Origin: Bacteroidales bacterium UBA1184
GTDB lineage: Bacteria > Bacteroidota > Bacteroidia > Bacteroidales > ML635J-15
NCBI GenBank assembly: GCA_002310235.1
Contig: DBYO01000024.1
Location: 25,246-89,245, forward strand
Reading direction: 5' to 3'
DNA: 64,000 bases
This document shows positions 22,101 through 29,900 of the stretch, in pieces (position 1 is the first letter of the stretch; the number at the start of each line of letters is the position of its first letter). The notes below the pieces were generated by a model that made no database searches, had not been told where the DNA came from, and was given only the letters and a program-made list of their open reading frames with translations. Both the position numbers and the translations under genes were made by a program.

Positions 22101-24614
22101 GGCTTGCGTTTTCAATTGATTATTAGAAGAACTCGCAGCATAGATATATCCAGGGTTTGTAGCATCGTAGAACGCCCAAGTTCCACTTGTCGTTCCTGCC
22201 CTAAGGTCGAATTCGCAGACACTTGATGTCCATGTAATAGTAGAACTGCTCTTTGTTATTTCCGCCTTTCCTCTATTATTGGCATTTTGTGTTAGGCTCA
22301 TTGCAAAATCATAATCTTTTGCAGCAATAACTACCTTGTCGCCCACAGCAAGTAACGACGGAGATTCTACACGCGACCATGTCGGGGCAACACCGCTTTC
22401 GTATGCAAACACCGCATAGTAGGTTGTATTTGCCGAAACGTTTCCAGTAGGAGTTCTGAACAGGTCAGCTGGCGGATTGTCGGACGACCAGCTTGAATTT
22501 GCTGTCCAACCGACAAATACACGGTCGTAGCAATTATAACTGGTTGCATCGGTAGCAACTCCCGACGGAACCGTAAGCGCATAACTATTACCTATTGGAT
22601 AGTTCTGTGCAGTAAGATGTCCATCAATCGACCAGGTAACAGTATAGGTGGTGGTTGTACAGGATGTCACATAATTGGTATATGTGGTTGAAGGAATTGC
22701 TGCGGACAATTCAACATTATCAATACGAGCATTTTTACCACTATTACCATTTGAACTTGTATTTTTTAGAGTCAAATTAAAATTAGAAACACCACTTGTT
22801 GCTGTGATTGTCCAACTCTTATTAGAACCAGTTATAGTTATTCCTTGCGTTGTAGATGTTAATGCAAATATATTGTTCTGATTTGATAGGAAAGTCATTG
22901 TCATTTGTGTAGCACCTCCAGTTGGAATATTTGAAATGGTCCATGTATTATTGCCTTTGGAAAGCAACAATTCCGGAGCCGTTCCTCCTGCAATATTGTT
23001 ATTATATAGTTTAGTGTTATTATTACTTTGTGCATATGTAAGCGTTGCGCCACCATAAACGGTAGTACCCTCAAATCCGTATTCACTTGGTTTTTCATTA
23101 TCAGACCCTCCTGTCCATGTTTCGGACCACAGTGTAGTATTTACTGGTGCACCACTCGAAACATTTGCAAACACAGCATAATAAGTTACATCTGCGGCTA
23201 CGGATGCTCCTACAAGGTCACTACGTGAATACAACGGTGAAGGAGCACTATTTTGCGAACCAGATATAGGAGATGTTGTCCAGCCGACAAAAACCTTACC
23301 ACCACATGAAATTGTAGGGTCTGACTGCACCTGCCCATTAGTCAATGTAGATGTAGAAACGGTACTTGTACTACCATCAACAGACCATGTTACGGTATGT
23401 GGAGAAATTGCTCCTGTTACTGTTAATTTGTAATCCTCAACTTCTCCATAATTTGCAGAAATACATGGATCCACCGAATAAGAATACAACTGCTCTACAC
23501 GCATGCGATAGTCACCTGCTGCAGTATTAGCAGGTATAACAAACGAACTAGACCAATTATTTTGATTAATACTATTAGCTGAAGCTACTCGCTCCGTTGA
23601 ATTGTCAAAGACAAAATCCTTGTTCCAGTCAACCCATATTGCATAATTATAAGTATCACTATATCCTCTTCCTACAGAGAAATTTATTGTCGTCCCAGGA
23701 GCAGCCGACACATAATAGTCGTTATAATAATTGGTATAACCTCCAGAACCTTGAGTTGTATTAGTATTGCTAATATTATGTTCGCCACCAGTTGTAGTAA
23801 AAGATTTGATATAATCAGTGGAATAAGCATAACTTGGGGTACAATAGGAACCACCTCCTCCACCACCAGAAGTGGTCTGCGTAACAGTAATGTCATCGAT
23901 ATATAGATAATACATATTTGCAGCATATGTGCAATGAACAACTACTCTTACGCTTTGTCCCTTAAGCGCAGCATCCGTACTTGAGCCCGATACTTGTGCA
24001 TAAGTTTCATTAGTATAGGAAGCTGAACTAATAGCGTTGTATTTTGTTGCAGAAGCAACTGCGGCTGCAGTGGTCACGTCGCTTGCCTTTACGAAGAACA
24101 CTTCAAAAGTCTCTGGATAATAAGAACTTTCGACCCTCTCATACAGACTTACGCTTAGCCTTGTCATATTTGAGGAAACACTAAATGGTTCGGAAACCAA
24201 ATAGCAATTTGCCGCATAAGAAGAACTATATTCATACTTCGCACTATTTGAGACACTATATGCATAACTTGAAGTTGTATTAAGCGTCCAGTTATTGCCA
24301 TTACCAGTTTTGTATGCATACCAACCCGTGGAAGAATAGCTAGTGGAAATGCTACTCATTGCATCAAAGTTCTCAGACAACAGCTGTCCCCACGCTTCTC
24401 CTCCCATCATCATGCACAGGCAGAGAGCCAGAATTGTTAAAACGGATTTAAAATGTAAAAATTTGCTGCGGGAGGCTGCAGAATTAGCATCCAGGCAAAT
24501 TTGCTGTTTTTCAATAAGATTCCCTTTCTCCATAATAATCAATGTATTAGCAGTAGAGACAGCGTCCCTATATATTCCTAAATCGGTTGTCATATTTCCA
24601 CACTTCGTGCCCAT
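16143..24614 (-). CDS. Giant T9SS-sorted cell-surface protein (multi-domain adhesin-like)
   Basis: Single ORF of about 8.4 kb. Signal peptide ...SVLTILALCLCMMMGGEAWGQ and GEVED motif (ANYGEVEDYKL, ~23430-23455). Three Listeria-Bacteroides-type repeats (VFVGWT...YYAVFA), Big_2-like VTWTSSNPLVATVS, and P-domain-like halves (18481-19385). C-terminal T9SS type-A sorting domain (YPNPFNGELTVEL...YDVLGRLVY...TYTVRV). Start is uncertain: the track start 24629 is TTG, and in-frame ATGs lie at 24614, 24593 and 24533. Confidence 0.85.
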   Translation of the reverse strand: MGTKCGNMTTDLGIYRDAVSTANTLIIMEKGNLIEKQQICLDANSAASRSKFLHFKSVLTILALCLCMMMGGEAWGQLLSENFDAMSSISTSYSSTGWYAYKTGNGNNWTLNTTSSYAYSVSNSAKYEYSSSYAANCYLVSEPFSVSSNMTRLSVSLYERVESSYYPETFEVFFVKASDVTTAAAVASATKYNAISSASYTNETYAQVSGSSTDAALKGQSVRVVVHCTYAANMYYLYIDDITVTQTTSGGGGGGSYCTPSYAYSTDYIKSFTTTGGEHNISNTNTTQGSGGYTNYYNDYYVSAAPGTTINFSVGRGYSDTYNYAIWVDWNKDFVFDNSTERVASANSINQNNWSSSFVIPANTAAGDYRMRVEQLYSYSVDPCISANYGEVEDYKLTVTGAISPHTVTWSVDGSTSTVSTSTLTNGQVQSDPTISCGGKVFVGWTTSPISGSQNSAPSPLYSRSDLVGASVAADVTYYAVFANVSSGAPVNTTLWSETWTGGSDNEKPSEYGFEGTTVYGGATLTYAQSNNNTKLYNNNIAGGTAPELLLSKGNNTWTISNIPTGGATQMTMTFLSNQNNIFALTSTTQGITITGSNKSWTITATSGVSNFNLTLKNTSSNGNSGKNARIDNVELSAAIPSTTYTNYVTSCTTTTYTVTWSIDGHLTAQNYPIGNSYALTVPSGVATDATSYNCYDRVFVGWTANSSWSSDNPPADLFRTPTGNVSANTTYYAVFAYESGVAPTWSRVESPSLLAVGDKVVIAAKDYDFAMSLTQNANNRGKAEITKSSSTITWTSSVCEFDLRAGTTSGTWAFYDATNPGYIYAASSSNNQLKTQAVNDANGSWVISISSGTATITAQGTNSRKVMQYNNGNGIFACYASASQSPISIYRYTQTYIGYTTNCTPCTEPALSLPAASGSVSVDATVNLVLTNPNNTDVTWTSSNPLVATVSGTNTGVAITGVTEGSATITANIPAAHVGGTYYCPASVTYDVTVSCNPYTVPVCFDFDGFASPTDEINIDAGLPSCWRRLYSNSGHTPVADYNSNYAPHIYNGTFAMDGNGIVITSGDDYDDWDYEYDYFGYSNYVIIPYVEGLQENDAVSFNAWWENASSGTLVFGYMTNPNDASTFTSIGTATPSYYYGGSSYTGRNEFTIPAAMPSGAYLAFKWYNSSSYYSVVIDNICIEHACTSIPGTFTLTTTSGSIVAPATLDISGYVNNGINQTTYPGALSYVSSNDNVATVSAAGIITGVAEGSAVIIAKYTPDNTDLCARTAEFTVTVTDDCSKIGTGGSETFKVPLNNYYNFSYTQMLYRRTEVGLDAGIITSIGFQYAYSTPMSKKNYVDIYMVETNKESFSDGSDWVTAISGSNLVYSGPLNCSNGWNSFTLDEPFVYSDTKNLLVVIHDHSAEYHGQDYKFKYTATGFNSVISYYSDSYNYSNDDIEEVSANMTDYTYRPNTKFCIYGGTLHTVTYNTSANCTGGVAFSMPPTHGVEGYPTTISSDEPSCSDGIFLSWNTAQDGSGTTYAPGASIMLTEDITLYAQYTICDYVNIVKNTPLQGTNDGSMVDDEGNVVADNGVQKFNVCKGSEITLAVEEKDGIPANARPITYSWDVNRHDGNAHLTSSSGSISYTVENATGHDILLTVTANNGCHEQIPLRVFVSKGLVTHDDSPDIGNICVGRAKEITVGDPAVVSEPIIEVDNDQVEIKSTKGHAETTFIPDGVGDCYESRVTFADFKESTVITDASNIDYVRINMEHSHIGDMQISLICKTPAGQEKSVVILQDYYTFSATPPGLDDDTYEWYYKIIECKATYGKYGNAGSPGEWVSDGNKIGSVAMRTFVRYVDGTYSATGVRQEATAFEDGLSDNAALAHLRGMRNSGNTPAPFSDGEFYYVFEGWYQSADQYNTNNLATGDTYGNYEWSKHKVASLGFGKPNLHDWISNEHLGHSAYNPFGEGFDYCWSNNNDYSYGDDAGHEYVTDAQNHRVGDTNSMVVEQSDVDNHTRFYRPWQGFENLVGCKLNGDWKIQVCDTWENDNGYIFNWEIALKGVEDNSWKYTVSLDNTELGVCPGSGTSTDDLVYSNGGPDFYIHPTIANIASVPVTIGELRSCNLTLIDDLGCRSEDNGFTYTVTQPTILDLDPTVICLGEEAEFDATLHDASNNPVALEYIRWMHNGSTYPYSHDPITQLIVTPELASDVFGVEMYDAAGCGGILHKVVDIKVPEDVPTDYDYIWRGAANTDWNTAANWYIYNSGSGTYSVSSGTTLPTSSSNVYIGTSQCSDGNHNSGVWKGWPAQMSQVASVETSGKAQNLTVGSGASVTVASGKNLEVAQDIDNSGTITATGTIDVAGDLVNSGTFDGSTGTLNLAGDLNNTGTFTSNAGTVAFKGTLQTITNSGPLAFYNVNFDQSSAGTITAANGITVNGTATFKNGVVTGNALFNDGSSAIFDANARYHSYVDGTVTKKGNGAFTFPTGADGVLGTIATSIGTNTDAGVSVKFNHMRDEGASGTGQAGFGLDVYPNWWNQNYMCPEADGLPKLDHVSNFEYWQVDMDNLGASTSLSSITLKVDASNQLEHFNQDYSGREADKIFAAAHYDCWKNIGGTASLDNENQTITVGEILTLSRTRAGNFDGIITLGSTDHNTVLPIELTSFTATCNGKSALVEWTTASERNNDYFSLERSDDAINFTEVARIAGAGNSIEPIDYSYTDYGVRGGDNYYRLVQVDYDGSRTASEIVLANCVEASGEPEVVAYPNPFNGELTVELENFSNRPARIDVYDVLGRLVYTEDADAPQNSYQTVLHLGGLPEATYTVRVATNDFVINRKVVKQ

Positions 24615-24686
24615 AATAGGCGTTAACAAATAGATTAAAAATTAACACAAATAAAACCAACGAGCCTACGTATAATAAACTCGTTG

Positions 24687-24694
24687 CAAAAGTA
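24687..24694 (-). promoter_or_regulatory. -7 box (TAnnTTTG) upstream of the giant adhesin gene
   Basis: CAAAAGTA on plus equals TACTTTTG on minus. It lies upstream of all candidate starts. Confidence 0.35.
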
Positions 24695-24820
24695 TAATGT
24701 ATTTGCATTTTATAGGTAATATTACGCGGTTATTATACATACAAAAATATAAATAATACAACATTAAGTTTTTATTATACGAATAATGAGAAAGGAAAGA
24801 TGAAAGAGTTTTCTGATGGG

Positions 24821-25041
24821 CGAAACGGAAGAACAGGCGGACGGACGGGGCGAAAAGGCTGGAAGGCTAGAAGGCTAAAAGGCTGGAAGGCTAGAAGGCT
24901 GGAAGGCTAGAAGGCTGGAAGGCTAAAAGGCTAAAAGGCTGGAAGGCTAGAAGGCTAGAAGGCTGGAAGGCTAGAAGGCTGGAAGGCGAAAAGGCTAACA
25001 GGCTAACTGGCTAACAGGCGAATAGGCGAAAAGGCTAACAG
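24821..25041. repeat. 8-nt periodic array (AGGCTGGA / AGGCTAGA / AGGCTAAA units, ~25 units)
   Basis: Read directly: ggcgaaaaggctggaaggctagaaggctaaaaggctggaaggctagaaggctggaagg... Confidence 0.9.
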
Positions 25042-25129
25042 CCAAATTCAAACAACTTCAAACCCAAAGGCTACCGCAGCTATCGCTGCTACGTATATGT
25101 GACCCCGCTGGGGTATGTGGCGAGAAAAT

Positions 25130-25223
25130 ACCGCAATGTTTTTTGCCCCCTCGCCCTATGTAGGGGCAGGTTTAAACCTGCCCCTACATGGCGTTAAATT
25201 GGGGCAGGGCAAAAACCTGCGGT
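25130..25223. repeat. Nested hairpin element: perfect 15-bp inverted repeat inside a longer imperfect stem
   Basis: The inner stem ATGTAGGGGCAGGTT-taa-AACCTGCCCCTACAT lies within 25157-25191. The outer arms ACCGCAATGTTTTTTGCCCCCTCGCCC and GGGGCAGGGCAAAAACCTGCGGT are largely complementary. Confidence 0.8.
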
Positions 25224-25224
25224 A

Positions 25225-25310
25225 ATGACCATGAGATCACGGATAGCCGACCGCGACAACGCTCCCCCACCGTATCGCGTGTGCGCTCTGGCTTCCGCGA
25301 TGACGGAGGG
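25225..25310 (+). repeat. Conserved element, diverged copy C (opposite orientation to A/B)
   Basis: ATGAGATCACGGATAGCC (25231-25248) and GGCTTCCGCGATGACGG (25290-25306) match the two conserved blocks of A/B. The interior differs in both sequence and length. Confidence 0.75.
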
Positions 25311-25362
25311 AAAAGAAAAAACAAGTAACATTACTCGCTAGGAAAAACCGATTATTTCAAAA

Positions 25363-25457
25363 AGGCGGACAGGCGAACAGGCGGACGGACGGGGCTAAAA
25401 GGCTGGAAGGCGAAAAGGCTAAAAGGCGAACTGGCGAACAGGCTAACGGGCGACCTA
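25363..25457. repeat. Second 8-nt periodic array (xxxxxGGC units). Repeats the AGGCGGACGGACGGGGC.AAAAGGCTGGAAGGC leader seen at ~24834
   Basis: aggcggacaggcgaacaggcggacggacggggctaaaaggctggaaggcgaaaaggctaaaaggcgaactggcgaacaggctaacgggcgacc. Confidence 0.85.
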
Positions 25458-25483
25458 GATGCGCAATATAACACTGTGCAAAT

Positions 25484-25570
25484 GTTGGAAAAACGGACAA
25501 AATATTTTGTTTTTGTGTTGGAAAAACGGACAAAATAGATTAATTTTGCGTTGGAAAAACAGACAAAATA
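25484..25570 (+). repeat. Three 21-nt direct repeats at exact 33-nt spacing (GTTGGAAAAACGGACAAAATA) ending at the ATPase start codon
   Basis: Units at 25484, 25517 and 25550. The third has one mismatch, and its last A is the A of the ATG. Confidence 0.9.
25541..25548 (+). promoter_or_regulatory. -7 box (TAnnTTTG) for the AAA_14/DUF4143 ATPase gene, between direct repeats 2 and 3
   Basis: TAATTTTG lies 22 nt before ATG 25570. Confidence 0.4.
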
Positions 25571-26919
25571 TGATTAAACGAAAGATAGACAGATACTTAG
25601 CTGACTTTTACTCAAAGAACAAAAAGGCATTGCTTGTTACAGGAGCTAGACAAACAGGAAAATCCTTTTCGATTCGACAGTTCGGAAATACACATTTCGA
25701 CAATTTTGTGGAAATTAACTTTCATGAGCACCCCGAATTTGTTGCCATGCTATCGGAAGCAGAAGGAAGCAACGATATTATATTGAGATTGTCTGCATTT
25801 GCAAGCAAACCTCTGGTTAAGGGCAAGACATTGATCTTTTTTGACGAAGTGCAGGAATTTCCCGAAATTGTTACCGCCATAAAATTCCTTGTCGAAGAAG
25901 GGAGCTACAAGTATGTTCTTAGCGGCTCGCTACTCGGAATCGAACTTAACGATTTGCGTTCGGAACCTGTGGGATATTTGGACATAAAAGAAATGTTTCC
26001 GCTTGATATCGAGGAGTTTTTTACTGCCCTAGGCATAAGCCAAAAGGTGATAGATGCGGTAAGACTGGCATGGGAACAAAAGTCGCCTGTTGATTCGTAC
26101 GTCCACGGAAAACTAATGGAATTATTCAGGCTTTATCTTATTGTAGGTGGCATGCCAGCCGTTGTCCAAAAGTACATCGACACCAACAATCTACAGGAAG
26201 TGCTTGCCGAACAGCAGTCGATAATTAGGCTTTACAAACGCGACATCGCAAAGTACGACCGCAACAACAAGCTATATCTTGAAGAAATATTCGAATTGAT
26301 TCCACCCGAACTCAATGCAATGAACAAGCGTTTTATTCTCAAGAACCTAAACGAAAACATAAAGTTTTCGCGCTTCGAAAATAGTTTTATCTGGCTAAAG
26401 GATGCAGGAGTTGCAATCCCGGCATACAATGTAGAGGAGCCTACTTCACCACTAAAACTATCGCGTTCCCGCAGTTTGTTCAAGCTGTTCCAGAACGACT
26501 TGGGACTGCTTGCTGCGCAATATGCCGACGGCATACAGATTAGGATTTTGTCAAATGCAGCAGATATAAATTTTGGCTCTGTCTACGAAAATGCCGTTGC
26601 TCAGGAATTGCTGGCTCATGGTTTCGACCTATACTATTTCAATAGCAAGAAGCAGGGCGAACTAGACTTTGTTGTCGAACAAAGCGGAAAGATCGTACCA
26701 ATAGAAGTCAAATCGGGGAAAGATTACCGGAGGCACAACGCTTTGTCGAATGTGATGGGCAACAGCAACTATGGCATCGAATGCGCGTATGTGTTCTGCA
26801 ACGACAATGTGAGTCAATCGGGAAATGTTTATTATTTGCCTATTTATATGGTAGCCTTTATGGAGAAGAATGTTCCGGTTGACATTGTATATCGTTTAGA
26901 TTTGTCCGGATTGCAATGA
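25570..26919 (+). CDS. Orphan AAA ATPase (AAA_14 + DUF4143-like)
   Basis: MIKRKIDRYLADFYSKNKKALLVTGARQTGKS (Walker A) and LIFFDEVQ (Walker B). C-terminal ELDFVVE...IPIEVKSG is a restriction-endonuclease-like motif typical of DUF4143. The 37 codons upstream (from 25459) are translated direct repeats, so the start is placed at 25570. Confidence 0.8.
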   Translation: MIKRKIDRYLADFYSKNKKALLVTGARQTGKSFSIRQFGNTHFDNFVEINFHEHPEFVAMLSEAEGSNDIILRLSAFASKPLVKGKTLIFFDEVQEFPEIVTAIKFLVEEGSYKYVLSGSLLGIELNDLRSEPVGYLDIKEMFPLDIEEFFTALGISQKVIDAVRLAWEQKSPVDSYVHGKLMELFRLYLIVGGMPAVVQKYIDTNNLQEVLAEQQSIIRLYKRDIAKYDRNNKLYLEEIFELIPPELNAMNKRFILKNLNENIKFSRFENSFIWLKDAGVAIPAYNVEEPTSPLKLSRSRSLFKLFQNDLGLLAAQYADGIQIRILSNAADINFGSVYENAVAQELLAHGFDLYYFNSKKQGELDFVVEQSGKIVPIEVKSGKDYRRHNALSNVMGNSNYGIECAYVFCNDNVSQSGNVYYLPIYMVAFMEKNVPVDIVYRLDLSGLQ

Positions 26920-26952
26920 TAATTGCAGCGGAAAACAAATCTTCAAATCCAC

Positions 26953-29900
26953 CTACTCCACCTTCACTCTTATTCCCGTGCTATGGCTCGTATATTCGGG
27001 TGCGTACATGCTCTGGATAGTCGTTATGCCATTCGAGAAATTACCCTTCTGCGTAGCGATAACCTGATACTCGAACACGTAGGTGCCCTTTGGCAGAATA
27101 TCGATGAAGAAGTTGATGGAAGCATCCTTAATTGCCTGATAGTAGCCCAACGAATGCTTGAACCTATAGCCCGAAAGTTTTTCGGTTGGCTCGAACGCCG
27201 AAGCACGCATATCCTTCAGATGAACATATTCCATGTTGCGGTCAACTTCGATTTCGATGCGGACTGTAACCCTGTCGCCTACCTTGAGGTTGGCATTCTT
27301 CTGCGTGATAGGCACAATGACTTCCGTGCCGTTCTCCACACGGTTGACAAACAAATCCTTGCGAATCTTAAGCGGGGTATCCTCGAAGCCCTTTATCTTG
27401 TCGATGTCCTCAAAGTACTGCCAGTAAATACCGCCCCAAGCCACAGTGCTGTCGGCTTTGGTAACCGAAACATCGCCCCAGGTGCTCGAAATCTCGTCCT
27501 GCTTCCACATTTTCTTGTAGTAGCCGGTGCCGTCCTCGGTAGTTTCGGCAGCAAGGTCTATCTGCTTATCACCAAGAGAAATTACCGGATAGTCGGTTTC
27601 GCTGAGGATGCTTGTACCGTCGAGCAAAAGTGCATAAACGGCTTCGGCAGTGGCCTTGGTGGTCTTCCAGTTGGTAGTCTGCTTCTGCTTCAACAGCCAG
27701 ACTTTCATTTCGTTGACATCGTGAACCTCGCCAATCTCATCGAAAAGTTCAATAAGCAAGGCCTGAGTCTCAATGCCACTGTTGTACCAATACCAACCGC
27801 GCTCCAAATCCCAATACATACCAAGTTCCTCGCTATGCTGTGCATACTCCTTCAACGATGCCACAATATCCTTCACTGTTGCTGTGCGATCGCTGCGCTG
27901 CATTGCCAAGGCAAGCATTCCGCGCATGTAGAAACCCCACGACGGCCAGTCCTTCTCGCCAAGCTTCATATACACATCGAAAACCTTCTGCGTGGATTTG
28001 TCCATAGGGTATTTCTTCAGGAAGAACGAACGTACATATAAATAATGTATCTGAGTGTAACCAAGAGCTACCGCATTGTACTTTTTCTGCAAATCATAAA
28101 TTCTCTCGATTTCCCTGTCGATGTACTTTACAGCCTTCTTAATCATGCCTTCCATCGACGAGTCTGGAAATTTTACACCGAGTTTCTGCAGATGTCCGTA
28201 GTTGCCAACAATGTGCTGGGTGACATATAGGTTGTCGGGCATTCCGTCGAACCACGGGAAACCGCCGTTTGCCTTCTGCATCTTCGACAGTTTGTCGGTG
28301 GCTTTCTTGGTTTCGTCCTTTATGCGGTCAATATCGAAAAGTACACCTATATTATATTTACGTTCAGCTTCGTTTTCGGCATCGAGAAGCCAAGGCGAAT
28401 TTTCGAGCAAAACAGATTTCAGTTCCTCGTTGCGCTGCAGGTTCGACTTCAGAGCCTCGGCATCGGTCGATTTCCACTTGTTGAACATTTCCTCAATCTT
28501 TTTGTCGGAATTTGCCACGTGCGAAGCAATGAGGTTGGAATAAATGCGCGAGAAAGTCTGTTCGGCACATTCGTATGGATATTCCATCATGTAAGGCAGT
28601 GCTAGCACGGCGTACCAAGCCGGATTTGGCGTAAATTCGAGGGTGTATGAGTAGTTTTCGAGTGATTTCGACTTGTTGTTCTTCATAGCGTTGAACGAAA
28701 AATGCGTTGTTCCGGCACGACGCACCGGCAAAGGCATTGTCTCGGTCACCATCATACGATTGGTAAGTATCGGCAACACTTTTTCCTCGCCGTCGGAATG
28801 ACCTTCGGCAATAGCAACAATGCGCACTGCCACCGCGCCAATGCTCTTCGGAACAGAAATTTTCCATTCTACAGAAGTGTTGCGGCTTGCATCGGCAGAG
28901 AATGTTACAATATTGTTTTTCAGGAATTTATCTGTAATATCCTCGGAATTCTGAGTGTTTATGAATTCGATTTTTGCCTTGCCGCTGATTGTGTTTTCGG
29001 TGAGATTTGCGATCTTGGCCGAAATGTACATTTCGTCGCCCTCGCGCATGAAACGCGGCAGGTTTGGCGTTACCGAGACATTTTTCTGAGTTACCAACGA
29101 ACTGCTTACATCGCCTATTTTCATGTCCTTGGTGTGGGCAAGTCCCATCACGTTCCAGCGTGTCATGCTTTCGGGCATTGTGAAATTGATGAAAATATTA
29201 CCGTCCTGGTCGGTGGTAAGATTGCTAGCGAAATAGGCTGTCTCGTTGAAATTGGTACGCACTTCGGCATTGTCGAAAGCTTCGGCTTCCTCTTCAGAGA
29301 GTTCCTCCTCCATTTCAACAGCCTCGTTGAGCGCAACGGCATCGGCGGCTATCAAACTGGACTCCTCTTCGACAACACCTCCGGCAGCATTGGCTCTATA
29401 GAGTACGCGCCCGCTCTTGTAATCGGTTGCGTACGACGAATAGTAAGCACTTAGCACATTGAAGAAAACCGGTGTGGGATAAGGAGTATATTCATAGCGG
29501 TTAGATGCATAGACATAGCGTCTGGAATTGCTGTTTGAGTATCCAAAACCCTTATATTCGAAATTGTAGTTCATCGTATTCGACGAATATGGCCAGAAAT
29601 ACCATGAGTGCGACTTGTACGAATCGAGCGAAGCATCATAGACTGTGGCTGCAAGTTCTGCTTCGATGGGTTTGTCGAACTTGTCGGTAATCTTCATCTG
29701 CCACGACTCCTCTGATCCCGGCAAGGTCTTGTCGCGGAAAGTCACCAACTTGACATCCAATTGCTTATCGACGCGCGAAACGCTTATGGTTTTGCTTTCC
29801 TTATATGCTCTGCCATGACGCACAAAGATCGCAGTGACAAACACATCACCGTAGCACTTTTCGGTAATCGGAATATCAAAGCTCTTAACCTCGTTGCTCA

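Noticed and set aside
15233-25310. Idea that the inverted copies of the conserved element define an invertible (phase-variable) 9.5-kb segment carrying the adhesin gene
   Set aside because: There is no site-specific recombinase gene in the window. The inverted similarity is limited to two ~17-nt blocks. Inversion would not obviously connect or disconnect a promoter. It is kept only as a testable aside within the element finding.
25459-25569. N-terminal 37-codon extension of the AAA_14/DUF4143 ATPase ORF (ATG at 25459)
   Set aside because: The extension is simply the translation of three 21-nt direct repeats (CWKNGQN x3). The family-typical N-terminus MIKRK...GARQTGKS starts at 25570, and a -7 box lies at 25541.
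13850-25570. Possibility that the 33-nt-spaced direct repeats are a mini CRISPR array
   Set aside because: There are only 2 and 3 units, with 10-12-nt spacers, units of 21-23 nt, and no cas genes or leader. One set overlaps a promoter and a start codon. This fits operator/iteron-like repeats better.
26923-28041. 372-aa plus-strand ORF, plus other long plus-strand ORFs at 28702..29454, 29761..30336 and 30529..30993
   Set aside because: All lie entirely antisense within the alpha-2-macroglobulin gene, whose frame carries clear family motifs. The antisense translations are low-complexity (Leu/Arg/His-rich) with no motifs. They are shadow ORFs.
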